From positions 77,715 to 141,714 of the forward strand of contig LDIX01000004.1 of assembly GCA_001468925.1 (NCBI GenBank): DNA of 64,000 nt. Direction: 5' to 3'. Position 1 is the first letter of the stretch. Each line of letters starts with the position of its first letter. The notes beneath the pieces are model-generated. The model saw only the letters and a list, made by a program, of their open reading frames with translations, was not told the origin of the DNA and did not search any database. Position numbers and translations under genes: made by a program. Shown one piece after another: positions 1-8,139 of this stretch. The stretch comes from a candidate division TM6 bacterium UASB340. Its GTDB lineage: Bacteria; Babelota; Babeliae; Babelales; UASB340.

Positions 1-94
1 TAACATCAAGCGTTGTCTTTTTACTACAGATCGGCTGCATAGCATTTAACAAATATAAAATATCTCTTTGAGCTATTGTAAATTTTCCATCCAT
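1..94 (-). CDS. dnaN: DNA polymerase III beta subunit (sliding clamp), first 31 codons only; the gene runs off the left edge
   Basis: The reverse complement of 1-94 starts with ATG (94-92) and reads MDGKFTIAQRDILYLLNAMQPICSKKTTLDV. This resembles the canonical clamp N-terminus (MKFTI..., then S-x-(K/R)-T-T-(L/I)-P-I-L). It is too short to appear in the ORF track. Confidence 0.6.
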   Translation of the reverse strand, partial: MDGKFTIAQRDILYLLNAMQPICSKKTTLDV

Positions 95-191
95 AACTTT
101 ACTCTCTTTAAATTTATTATAAAATTAAAAACTAATTAACTTGATTATTATAAAACACGTAACAAAATAGTAAAAGTAAAAATTAAAAAAC

Positions 192-809
192 ATGCATAAA
201 AATATATTATTTTTTTTAGAAAAAAATTTAACTGAAAATATTAAAAGCGAAATTGAAATACGATTAAACGAATTTAATCTATTCAAAAATAAAAATAATC
301 AAGAATGGTTCAATGAACTTTGCTTTTGCCTGCTTACGGCAAACTCAAAAGCCGAAACCGCAATAAAAATTCAAATAGAATTATCTATGGATGGTTTTGC
401 AAAAAAAACGCAAACACAGATCGCTTATACGATAAAAAAACATGGCCATCGATTTCATAACACTAAAGCATCATATATTTTTCTAGCGCGCAAATTTTTA
501 AATATTAAAGATATATTGCAAAATCTGTCCGATTTTCAGGCAAGGGAATTTTTAGTGACAAATATTAAGGGACTCGGATACAAAGAAGCATCACATTTTT
601 TAAGAAATGTCGGTTATAATAATTTTGCAATAATCGATAGACACGTTTTACGTTTTTTAAAGCATCATAATTTGATTAGTGAAATTCCAAAAACTATTAG
701 TAAGAAAAATTATTTATATTTTGAAGAAATTTTACAAAAATTTAATATTCCACAATCACGTTTGGATCTAATGATTTGGGCACACATGACAGGCAAAGTA
801 TTAAAGTAA
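192..809 (+). CDS. 8-oxoguanine DNA glycosylase/AP lyase, Ogg2 (archaeal-type) HhH-GPD family
   Basis: 205 aa. HhH-GPD signature IKGLGYKEASHFLRNVGYNNFAIIDRHVLRFL carries the catalytic Lys in GxGxKEASHFLR and the Asp in IIDRH. Size is typical of Ogg2 enzymes. Confidence 0.8.
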   Translation: MHKNILFFLEKNLTENIKSEIEIRLNEFNLFKNKNNQEWFNELCFCLLTANSKAETAIKIQIELSMDGFAKKTQTQIAYTIKKHGHRFHNTKASYIFLARKFLNIKDILQNLSDFQAREFLVTNIKGLGYKEASHFLRNVGYNNFAIIDRHVLRFLKHHNLISEIPKTISKKNYLYFEEILQKFNIPQSRLDLMIWAHMTGKVLK

Positions 810-813
810 ATGC

Positions 814-863
814 GCCCAGAGCATACGCTCAGGGCTACCTTAAAATCGCCCGCTTACGCAGGC
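814..863. repeat. Two related GC-rich hairpins: GCCCAGAGC-ATAC-GCTCAGGGC (814-835) and GCCCGC-TTAC-GCAGGC (848-863)
   Basis: Read directly. Each stem has one internal mismatch and a 4-nt loop. They lie just after the ogg stop and have no U-tract. Confidence 0.6.
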
Positions 864-910
864 TCAATAAACCAAATTTAATAACAACTTAAGATTTTAC
901 GTAGCAGTTT

Positions 911-1048
911 GTCATCCCGGGCAAGGACCCGGGATCTCTTTTTATACTTTCACACTTTATAAATATTTATATTTTTTATATTGATTTGTATTTATACAAT
1001 AAATTTGTGTGTTCAAGACGGAGATCCCGGCTCGGTGGCCGGGATGAC
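911..1048. repeat. 28-bp inverted-repeat pair (911-938 and 1021-1048) flanking an 82-bp AT-rich spacer; each copy is itself an 8-bp-stem hairpin
   Basis: Left copy is GTCATCCCGGGCAAGGACCCGGGATCTC. The reverse complement of the right copy is GTCATCCCGGCCACCGAGCCGGGATCTC, so the outer 10+10 nt are identical. Hairpins are ATCCCGGG-CAAGGA-CCCGGGAT and ATCCCGGC-TCGGTG-GCCGGGAT. Confidence 0.85.
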
Positions 1049-1108
1049 GGTGCAGAGCGCAATAAAATTCGATTAAGCGCTACGAATACAATGCGATATT
1101 GGGGTAAC

Positions 1109-1126
1109 GGACGGCTAATGCCGTCC
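1109..1126. other. GC-rich hairpin GGACGGC-TAAT-GCCGTCC immediately downstream of the xerD stop
   Basis: Perfect 7-bp stem with a 4-nt loop. No U-tract on either strand, so terminator function is uncertain. Confidence 0.5.
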
Positions 1127-1132
1127 ATACTC

Positions 1133-2065
1133 TTACGCCCTTGGATGCTTATCATCGTAAATTTTTCTTACATGACTTTTTTCAAGATGTGTATAAATTT
1201 GCACTGTAGAAATATTTTCATGCCCCAATAAAAGCTGTAATGAGCGTATATTTGCACCACTTTTTAATAAATGTGTTGCTAAAGAATGTCTCAACGTATG
1301 TGGTGAGACTTTTTTATTTATTTTAGTTTTTGATAAAATATTTTTTAAAATTATCCAAAAAGATTGCCTGGAAATCGGCTTTATATCGTTATTATAATAA
1401 GAAAAAAATAAATAATTTTTTCCAAAAACATGTTTATTTTTTTCAGCTTTTGGTTTTAAATTTTCATAAATTTTTTCCAAATAAAAATTCAAAAATTTTA
1501 AAACACCTTCAGGTAAAGGTATCACGCGCTCTTTGTTACCTTTTCCTACTAAAGAAATAAATCCTGTGTCAAAATGAATTTGATCTATTTTTAATTCAAC
1601 CAACTCTGAAACTCTCATACCGGACGCGTATAACAAAGAAAGCATCACCCTGTTTCGCACACCTTTATCGGAATTATCTTTTGCAGCAGTTTTTAATAAC
1701 TCTTCGATTTCACTTTCAGTAAGATAAATAGGCAATGTTTGTTCTAATTTGGGAAATATTAATGCACCGGCTTTATTTGAAATTTTAAATCTTTCAGACA
1801 AAAAATTAAAAAACGCTTTCAAACACGAAATTTTTCTAGACAGCGTTTTTGCCGACACACCACTTTCTTTTAATTTTTTTAAAAAATTTTTCAAATGGGT
1901 TTTATTTGAATTTTCCAGATTTACTTTTTTTTCTTTTAAAAATTGCAATAACTGTTCTACGTCTTTTTTATATGCAAGAAAAGTATTTTTTGAATATCTT
2001 TTTTCCGTTAACAAAAAAGTTATAAAAGCATTATACATGCTTTCATCGTTAATACCGTTCGGCAT
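1133..2065 (-). CDS. xerD: Tyrosine site-specific recombinase XerD
   Basis: 310 aa. Catalytic region SPHTLRHSLATHLLKSGANIRSLQLLLGHENISTVQIYTHL (R-H-R-Y family) and the XerD-typical C-terminal HPRA. Confidence 0.85.
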   Translation of the reverse strand: MPNGINDESMYNAFITFLLTEKRYSKNTFLAYKKDVEQLLQFLKEKKVNLENSNKTHLKNFLKKLKESGVSAKTLSRKISCLKAFFNFLSERFKISNKAGALIFPKLEQTLPIYLTESEIEELLKTAAKDNSDKGVRNRVMLSLLYASGMRVSELVELKIDQIHFDTGFISLVGKGNKERVIPLPEGVLKFLNFYLEKIYENLKPKAEKNKHVFGKNYLFFSYYNNDIKPISRQSFWIILKNILSKTKINKKVSPHTLRHSLATHLLKSGANIRSLQLLLGHENISTVQIYTHLEKSHVRKIYDDKHPRA

Positions 2066-2082
2066 AATAACTCCAAAACAAA

Positions 2083-3516
2083 TTAGTAAGCCTTTGCAAC
2101 CAACACATCAGTTTTAGCCGATTTGCCACAAGAAAAACAAGTTTTATTTTTTTTGCTATCAAGCAAGCATCTAATAGAAGCTTTATAATCTTTTAACTTA
2201 GTTTCACAATCTGATAACCCACACCAACCTGTTTGATATAAACCATTTTTTTCTTCAAGATTTTTTGCTATTTCGTTTAAATTATCAGCTTGATACCAAT
2301 TGTCGTTTAATCTTTTTTTTGCTTTTTCAAACAAACTTTTTTGAATATTTTCAAGCAATAAGTTAATTTCTTTATCAATGTTATCTATAGAAACAAACTG
2401 TTTTTTCTTTGTTTTATCCTGTTCAACTCTATTAACAAGAACAACCTGATTTTTTTCAATATCTTTAGGTCCTATCTCAAGTCTTACAGGAACACCTTTT
2501 AATTCCCATTTAAAAAATTTTGCACCCGGAGTTAATTGATCATCATTATCAATTTGTGCAAAAACACCATTATTTATAAGCAAATTTTTAATTTCTTCGG
2601 CTTTATTTATTACCAATTCTTTATCTTTTTCTTCTTTAAATATTGGTACAATTATAACCTGAATTGATGCAATTTTAGGTGGAATAATCAAACCGTTTTG
2701 ATCGCCATGAGTCATAATCAATGCACCAATAAGTCTTGTTGTAGCACCCCAAGAAGTGCAATATGGCGAACTTAAATTTCCATCTTTATCCTGAAATTGT
2801 ATATCAAAAGATTTTGAAAAACTGTGGGCCAAAACATGGCTTGTACAAAGTTGTAAAGCTTTACCATCTTGCATTAGACCTTCTATTGTAAATGTTCTAT
2901 CCGCTCCGGCAAAGCGCTCATTGTCGGATTTGATACCGGCTATCGCAGGAATAGCCAAATAATTTTCAACAAAATCTTTATAAATATCCAACATACGTTT
3001 TGAAAATTCAACAGCCTGCCCATGAGATTCATGAGCTGTGTGCCCTTCTTGCCATAAAAATTCTGTAGTTCGCAAAAATGGCCGAGTACGCATTTCCCAT
3101 CTGACAACATTAGCCCATTGATTTATTTTTAAAGGTAAATCTCTCCAAGATTTTATCCATTTTGAAAACATATAATAAATAATAGTTTCAGACGTTGGAC
3201 GAACAACCAACGGTTCTTCAAGCTCTTTTCCCCCGGCATGAGTTACAACAGCAAGCTCAGGCGAAAACCCTTCCACATGTTTTGCTTCTTTTTTCAAAAA
3301 GCTTTCCGGAATAAATAAAGGGAAATAGGCATTTTGCGTACCGGTTTCTTTAATTTTTTTATCCAATACTTTTTGTATATTTTCCCATATGGCATAAGAA
3401 TAAGGTCGAAAAACAAAACATCCTTTAACCGGACTTTGATCAACCAGTTCAGCTTCACTTAAAACATCTTGGTACCATTGTGCGAAATCTTTATTTATAT
3501 CCGAAAGTTTATTCAT
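2083..3516 (-). CDS. proS: Prolyl-tRNA synthetase, archaeal/eukaryote-like type (no INS editing domain, Cys-rich C-terminal domain ending in Tyr)
   Basis: 477 aa. Class II motifs ([45 protein letters not shown]). C-terminus is CGLSDCE...[18 protein letters not shown]. Confidence 0.9.
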   Translation of the reverse strand: MNKLSDINKDFAQWYQDVLSEAELVDQSPVKGCFVFRPYSYAIWENIQKVLDKKIKETGTQNAYFPLFIPESFLKKEAKHVEGFSPELAVVTHAGGKELEEPLVVRPTSETIIYYMFSKWIKSWRDLPLKINQWANVVRWEMRTRPFLRTTEFLWQEGHTAHESHGQAVEFSKRMLDIYKDFVENYLAIPAIAGIKSDNERFAGADRTFTIEGLMQDGKALQLCTSHVLAHSFSKSFDIQFQDKDGNLSSPYCTSWGATTRLIGALIMTHGDQNGLIIPPKIASIQVIIVPIFKEEKDKELVINKAEEIKNLLINNGVFAQIDNDDQLTPGAKFFKWELKGVPVRLEIGPKDIEKNQVVLVNRVEQDKTKKKQFVSIDNIDKEINLLLENIQKSLFEKAKKRLNDNWYQADNLNEIAKNLEEKNGLYQTGWCGLSDCETKLKDYKASIRCLLDSKKNKTCFSCGKSAKTDVLVAKAY

Positions 3517-3641
3517 ACTAATACCTATAACCCGATAAGTTCAAAATATTGACACGAAACACTAAAATAATTTATCAAATATTATAAATATTAAGTATTT
3601 TTGGAATAAAAATCAAAATTTTTAAGATTTAAAGGACTTAT

Positions 3642-5297
3642 ATGATTTTTTTACATGAACCTATAACCGTTATAAACCTAATTTTATGTTCTTTAACCGC
3701 TATCTTTAGTTTTTTTATATTCAGAAAAACTAAAGATCAATTTATTTTAAAAATAGCTTTATCTTTCTGCTTTTTTGCCATCGCTCATCTTATAACTCTA
3801 TTTCAACTTAATATAATTCTGACCACTCCATTAATTATAATAAGAACCTTGGCATATTTATTAATAATTTGGGGAATTTACAAAAAAATAGATTCTTATC
3901 TAAAATTAAAATTTTGGGGTTACTTAAGTATATTTATAGTTTTATTTTCAGTAATTTTTTTCATATCTTCAAAATATTTTTTAATAAAATTTAATCTATA
4001 TTTTTTATCTGAAGTAACAAATTTCATACTTTGCTTAACGGTAATACTTTTAGGTTATTTAGCAAATAAAAATCATAATTTTCCAATATTTAAATATATT
4101 GGAATAGGCTTTGCCATTTTTGCGTTTTTTCATTTAATAAAAATACTTAATATGGATCATATATTTCTTGTTCATTTAATAATTACAAGACTGATCGCAT
4201 ATTTTATAATATTTGCCGGAATATATTCAATAATCAAAGCTGAAACTTTAGATAAAATACTTCTTTATGCATCAAACGTTAAAGTTCAAATTACCATAAT
4301 TACACTAATGGTTGCTGTTTTGGTTTTTCTTTTTTATAAACAAAACAAAACATTTAGCTTTACTGATCCAAAACCGGATTTAAAAACAATAAAAGCTTTT
4401 TCCGATGAAAAAAACATCAATGAAATTAGAACCGGAATTTTTATTAAAAATTTCCCGGAATTCGATATAGTAAAAAATGAATTTACAGTAAATGCAATAG
4501 TTTGGTTTGAGTTTGATCCAAACTTAGTATCATTGGACAAAATTAAAAGCTTTTCCTTCGATAAAGGCAATATCCTAAAACAAGAGGATGTCCAGACAAA
4601 AATAATAAATGATAAACTATGGGCATATTTTGAAGTTATTGTAAGTTTTAGTAGCAATCTTGATTATAAACTATTTCCACTTGAGGATCATAAAATATAT
4701 CTAAAATTATTAAATAATAAAATGGATCCAAACTCAGAAATTCTAGTTTCATACAATACTGACTTACAAATAAGCGAAGAAATATTCACAAACGATTGGA
4801 AAATTATAAATACGGAAGTCGAATATGGTTATTCTGAGGAAATTCTTGATAAAAACGAACCGGACAAATCGACAAAATATCCTATAGTTTCTTTTGAACT
4901 TGATTTTCAAAAATCAGGTATTAGAAAAACATTGGCAATATTTTTACCACTTTATATGGTATTTTTCTTAAGTCTTTTTTCTTTAATTTTAAATACAAAA
5001 GACACAACGGGTATTCTATCTTTATCCGTAGGTAGTACAAGTGCATTGATCTTTGACCTTGTTGCAATTGAAAATATGAGTCCAAATGTACGATATTTTA
5101 CCGTATCAAATACAATTTACACGATATTACTAATAAGCTCTTTTATAATACTTTTATTGAATATTTACACTATAAAAAGTTTAAACATACAAAATCCTGA
5201 AAATGAAAAAAATCTAAAATTATTTAGAAGTTATTTTTTTATATTCTTTATACTTTCAACAATTCTTACAACCTATGCTTTAATATTTTATAAATAA
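3642..5297 (+). CDS. Pentameric ligand-gated ion channel (Cys-loop superfamily, GLIC/ELIC-like) homologue with an N-terminal polytopic membrane extension
   Basis: 551 aa. Extracellular-domain blocks IRTGIFIKNFPEFDIVKNEFTVNAIVWFEFDPNL and LDYKLFPLEDHKIYLKLLN (FPxD motif, no Cys pair). M1 LAIFLPLYMVFFLSLFSLIL, M2 GILSLSVGSTSALIFDLVAI, then SPNVRYFTVSNTIY, M3 and M4. Residues 1-232 add about 8 hydrophobic segments. Confidence 0.7.
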   Translation: MIFLHEPITVINLILCSLTAIFSFFIFRKTKDQFILKIALSFCFFAIAHLITLFQLNIILTTPLIIIRTLAYLLIIWGIYKKIDSYLKLKFWGYLSIFIVLFSVIFFISSKYFLIKFNLYFLSEVTNFILCLTVILLGYLANKNHNFPIFKYIGIGFAIFAFFHLIKILNMDHIFLVHLIITRLIAYFIIFAGIYSIIKAETLDKILLYASNVKVQITIITLMVAVLVFLFYKQNKTFSFTDPKPDLKTIKAFSDEKNINEIRTGIFIKNFPEFDIVKNEFTVNAIVWFEFDPNLVSLDKIKSFSFDKGNILKQEDVQTKIINDKLWAYFEVIVSFSSNLDYKLFPLEDHKIYLKLLNNKMDPNSEILVSYNTDLQISEEIFTNDWKIINTEVEYGYSEEILDKNEPDKSTKYPIVSFELDFQKSGIRKTLAIFLPLYMVFFLSLFSLILNTKDTTGILSLSVGSTSALIFDLVAIENMSPNVRYFTVSNTIYTILLISSFIILLLNIYTIKSLNIQNPENEKNLKLFRSYFFIFFILSTILTTYALIFYK

Positions 5298-5311
5298 ATT
5301 GGGAGAGCATT

Positions 5312-7486
5312 GTGAATAAATTATTTTTAATTTTTACTTTTTTATTTTTTATAAACTCAAAAGCAAATAGTGAAATAGATTTATTTCAAACTATTGATGA
5401 TATAAATCATTATGCAAATAAAATACCTGAATATCCTGAACCTGATAATAAAAATTGGTTAAAAGCCGATTATACAACTTTTTATAAAAAACAAACCCCG
5501 GATAAGCTTCAAGCTTTTGTGCAAAATATATATGACAAAATTACATTGCAAAGGGATACATGGGAATATAAAAAATTCAAACATTTACTCGAAAAAATAT
5601 CCGGTTTAAAATCTAAAGATCAAACTATAGATCAAAATAGTATAAAAATTACAGCTCAAAAAGATTCAACTTTTATAATTTTTACCGAAATTGGGGGAGC
5701 TTTTCACTCTTTGGTCAGAAGTCTAAACGAATTAATAAAGCTTGATATTTTAGACAAAAATCTAAACATAAAAAAAGAGAATTTTATTTTATTCAACGGT
5801 AATGTTCTTGGAAATTCACCATATATACTTGAAACATTTACATTAATACTGAAATTAATGGAAAAAAACCCAAAAAATATATTTTTTATTAAAGGCAAAT
5901 ACGAAATCGATGAAAATTGGCAAAATTTTGGACTAAAAAAAGAATTAATTATAAAATCCGGCACAAAAATTTTAGTAAAAATTCCACTAAAAGAAGAAAT
6001 TAACAAATTTTTAAGCAGTTTACCAATAGCCATTTATATAAATACTGACAAAAACAAAAACGATTTCATACGCATTTCATATTTTAATAGAAGTTTTTCA
6101 AAAATAATTGAAAAAGAAAATGTCATTGCAATTATAAATGGTGATAACAATAATATTACAAAACATAAAAAAACAGATGGTTTGTTTGAACTTTTTCCTG
6201 ATAAAGGAGCTACTGCCTGGTCTACAATATCCGGAGCAACAAAATATTCTCAAAAAATTTTTCAGTTCAAAAATGATGCTTTTGTAATACTAAAGCCAAT
6301 AGATAACAGCTTAGATTTATATTATAAAGACGCTAATTTGATAAAAGAGTTTGATAAAAAACAACTAAGTTTACTTTCACAAAAAACTGATACTCAAAAA
6401 GAGTTTATTACTGAAAAAGAAAAATCAAGTGAAATATTAATCGGGACTACAATGGATTTTTCCGGTGAAGATGCAAATATTTCAAGAGATGTATTGAAAG
6501 GTTTGCACCTGGTAATAAATAAAATTAATTCCAATGGCGGAATAAATGGCAAAAAAATAAAATTGGTCCATCTTGATAATAAGTATGATCCACAGTTGGC
6601 CGCTAAAAATGTTCAATTATTAATAGATGCCGGAATAGATAAACTTTTGTGCCCAATAGGCAGCTACCAATTCAAGGGATACATAGATTTTATAAAAAAC
6701 GGCAAAATTACCGTTTATTTTCCTGAAGTCACTTCACCTGAATACAGAAACAATAATTTAAATCATATTGTGCATTTTTTTGCAACATCCGATAGGGAGT
6801 CTGAAATACTTACAAACTATTTATTGAAAAAATTTTCACCAAATAAAATAGGAATATTTTATGAAGAAGAAACATTTAGTAAAAAATCTGCTGAAAAAGT
6901 AATTGAAATACTCACAAAAAATAATTTGCTAAAAGACAAAAACTGGGTTGAAGCTACTCATTTGCCCAAATCCGTTGACATTAAAGATGCCGCAAAAAAA
7001 ATTATCACCTTTAATCCGGAAGTTATTTTTTTACTTTCATCAGAAATAGCAATACAAAATTTAATTAATAGTTTGGGTATGGAATTTTTATTTAATAAAA
7101 TAATTCTTGGAATTAGTACATGTTCGGGATCTGCATTTAAAACATTTTTAAAAGAAAAAAAGCTAAAATTTATAAATACACAACTTACACCGGATCCAAT
7201 AAAAAGCGATATTGAGCTTGTTAAAGAATTTGTCACCGATACAACAAAAGCCGGCGAACCTTTAAGCACATTTATACTTGAAGGTTATATGGCAGCAAGT
7301 GTATTTTTTGATATTCTTAAAAAAATACCGGAACCAATTACAAATGAAAAAATTTTGGCTGAAATGGAAAATATAAAAAATCAAAATTATAAAGGTTTAA
7401 TGCTAAACTTTAACCCGGAAAGAAGAGAAATATTTAATACTGTCTGGCTCGATACCGGTGATGAAGTTATAATGAAAAATGAGTAA
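5312..7486 (+). CDS. Secreted fusion protein: degenerate (catalytically dead) PPP-type metallophosphatase domain plus C-terminal type-I periplasmic binding domain (LivK/ANF-receptor-like)
   Basis: 724 aa, GTG start 4 nt after GGGAGAG. Signal peptide MNKLFLIFTFLFFINSKANS. The PPP motifs are replaced: TEIGG for GDIHG, FNGNVLGN for LGDFVDKG, IKGKYE for LKGNHE. C-terminal ILIGTTMDFSGEDANISRDVLKGLHLVINKINSNGGINGKKIKLVHLDNKYDP is typical of LivK-family PBP1. Confidence 0.7.
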   Translation: MNKLFLIFTFLFFINSKANSEIDLFQTIDDINHYANKIPEYPEPDNKNWLKADYTTFYKKQTPDKLQAFVQNIYDKITLQRDTWEYKKFKHLLEKISGLKSKDQTIDQNSIKITAQKDSTFIIFTEIGGAFHSLVRSLNELIKLDILDKNLNIKKENFILFNGNVLGNSPYILETFTLILKLMEKNPKNIFFIKGKYEIDENWQNFGLKKELIIKSGTKILVKIPLKEEINKFLSSLPIAIYINTDKNKNDFIRISYFNRSFSKIIEKENVIAIINGDNNNITKHKKTDGLFELFPDKGATAWSTISGATKYSQKIFQFKNDAFVILKPIDNSLDLYYKDANLIKEFDKKQLSLLSQKTDTQKEFITEKEKSSEILIGTTMDFSGEDANISRDVLKGLHLVINKINSNGGINGKKIKLVHLDNKYDPQLAAKNVQLLIDAGIDKLLCPIGSYQFKGYIDFIKNGKITVYFPEVTSPEYRNNNLNHIVHFFATSDRESEILTNYLLKKFSPNKIGIFYEEETFSKKSAEKVIEILTKNNLLKDKNWVEATHLPKSVDIKDAAKKIITFNPEVIFLLSSEIAIQNLINSLGMEFLFNKIILGISTCSGSAFKTFLKEKKLKFINTQLTPDPIKSDIELVKEFVTDTTKAGEPLSTFILEGYMAASVFFDILKKIPEPITNEKILAEMENIKNQNYKGLMLNFNPERREIFNTVWLDTGDEVIMKNE

Positions 7487-7505
7487 AAATATTTGAAGGT
7501 AAAAT

Positions 7506-8078
7506 ATGAAAACAGGTAAAATATTTATAATTGCAGCACCATCCGGTGCAGGAAAAACTACCGTTACAAATGAAGCAATTAAAAGAATGGCAAATAAAAT
7601 AGATATTTCAAAAGTAATAACCTATACAACAAGATCTCCACGCACTGGCGAAATTAACGGCAAAGATTATCACTTTATATCACTTAAAGATTTTGAAAAT
7701 AAATTAAAAAATAACTTTTTTCTTGAAACTACAAAATACAGTGGTGAATTCTATGGCTCGCCGGCAAGTATTATAAACGATTTAAAACTTGGAAAATCTT
7801 TTGTAATTGTTACAGACTTAGTTGGAGTTAAAGAGTACAAAAAGTTATTATCAAATGCTATTTTAATTTGGATTACAATACCTAGTTTGGATATTCTTAA
7901 AGAACGTTTAATTAAACGCGGCGATGATAAAGATAAAATAGAAAAACGTATTGAATTGGCAATTAAAGAATTTAAAGAAGCAGAAAAGCCAAGATTATTT
8001 GATTATAAAATCATAAATAATATATTTGATCAAACTGTAGCTGAACTTTGTAAAGTTATAGAAACAAATGTTAATTAA
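7506..8078 (+). CDS. gmk: Guanylate kinase
   Basis: 190 aa. P-loop APSGAGKTT and TTRSPRTGEINGKDYHF. Confidence 0.9.
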   Translation: MKTGKIFIIAAPSGAGKTTVTNEAIKRMANKIDISKVITYTTRSPRTGEINGKDYHFISLKDFENKLKNNFFLETTKYSGEFYGSPASIINDLKLGKSFVIVTDLVGVKEYKKLLSNAILIWITIPSLDILKERLIKRGDDKDKIEKRIELAIKEFKEAEKPRLFDYKIINNIFDQTVAELCKVIETNVN

Positions 8079-8080
8079 AA

Positions 8081-8118
8081 TTGGACAAATATTACTATCG
8101 ATATAGACTTTTGTCCAA
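8081..8118. terminator. Stem-loop between convergent gmk and the EamA gene (TTGGACAAA-N20-TTTGTCCAA)
   Basis: 9-bp perfect stem read directly. The loop is long and the U-tract weak, so this is tentative. Confidence 0.35.
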
Positions 8119-8139
8119 TATTTAAAAAGATAAGTATTT

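Noticed and set aside
911-1048. The 28-bp inverted repeats with 11-6-11 geometry next to xerD looked like Xer/invertase sites bounding an invertible 82-bp switch
   Set aside because: The central 6-8 nt differ between the two copies (CAAGGA versus CACCGA in the same orientation), which would block tyrosine-recombinase strand exchange. The difference is compensatory for the hairpin. Both flanking genes converge on the region, so an invertible promoter would have no obvious target. The recombinase itself looks like ordinary XerD (HPRA terminus).
986-2117. Track ORFs 986..1231, 1330..1560 and 1749..2117. The same applies to many others elsewhere: 4334..4657, 5704..6033, 6958..7269, 9855..10055, 10244..10447, 10750..11091, 11819..12368, 12991..13257, 13353..13619, 15319..15576, 17100..17351, 17829..18098, 18633..18866, 19691..20335, 23042..23885, 24190..24405, 24746..24937, 29661..30812, 34814..35206, 35419..35818, 36231..36461, 36630..36836, 38042..38248, 38578..38784, 41453..42179, 43523..43708, 45727..45951, 46027..46221, 47032..47576, 47761..48033, 49563..49748, 50356..50634, 51529..51819, 52075..52913, 54119..54322, 56866..57186, 57533..58012, 58924..59109, 60553..60741, 61569..62348
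   Set aside because: They lie antisense to or out of frame within well-supported conserved genes, or span hairpin DNA. They have low-complexity or Phe/Leu/Lys-rich shadow-frame composition and no SD or start context. In AT-poor-stop shadow frames of real genes such ORFs are expected by chance.
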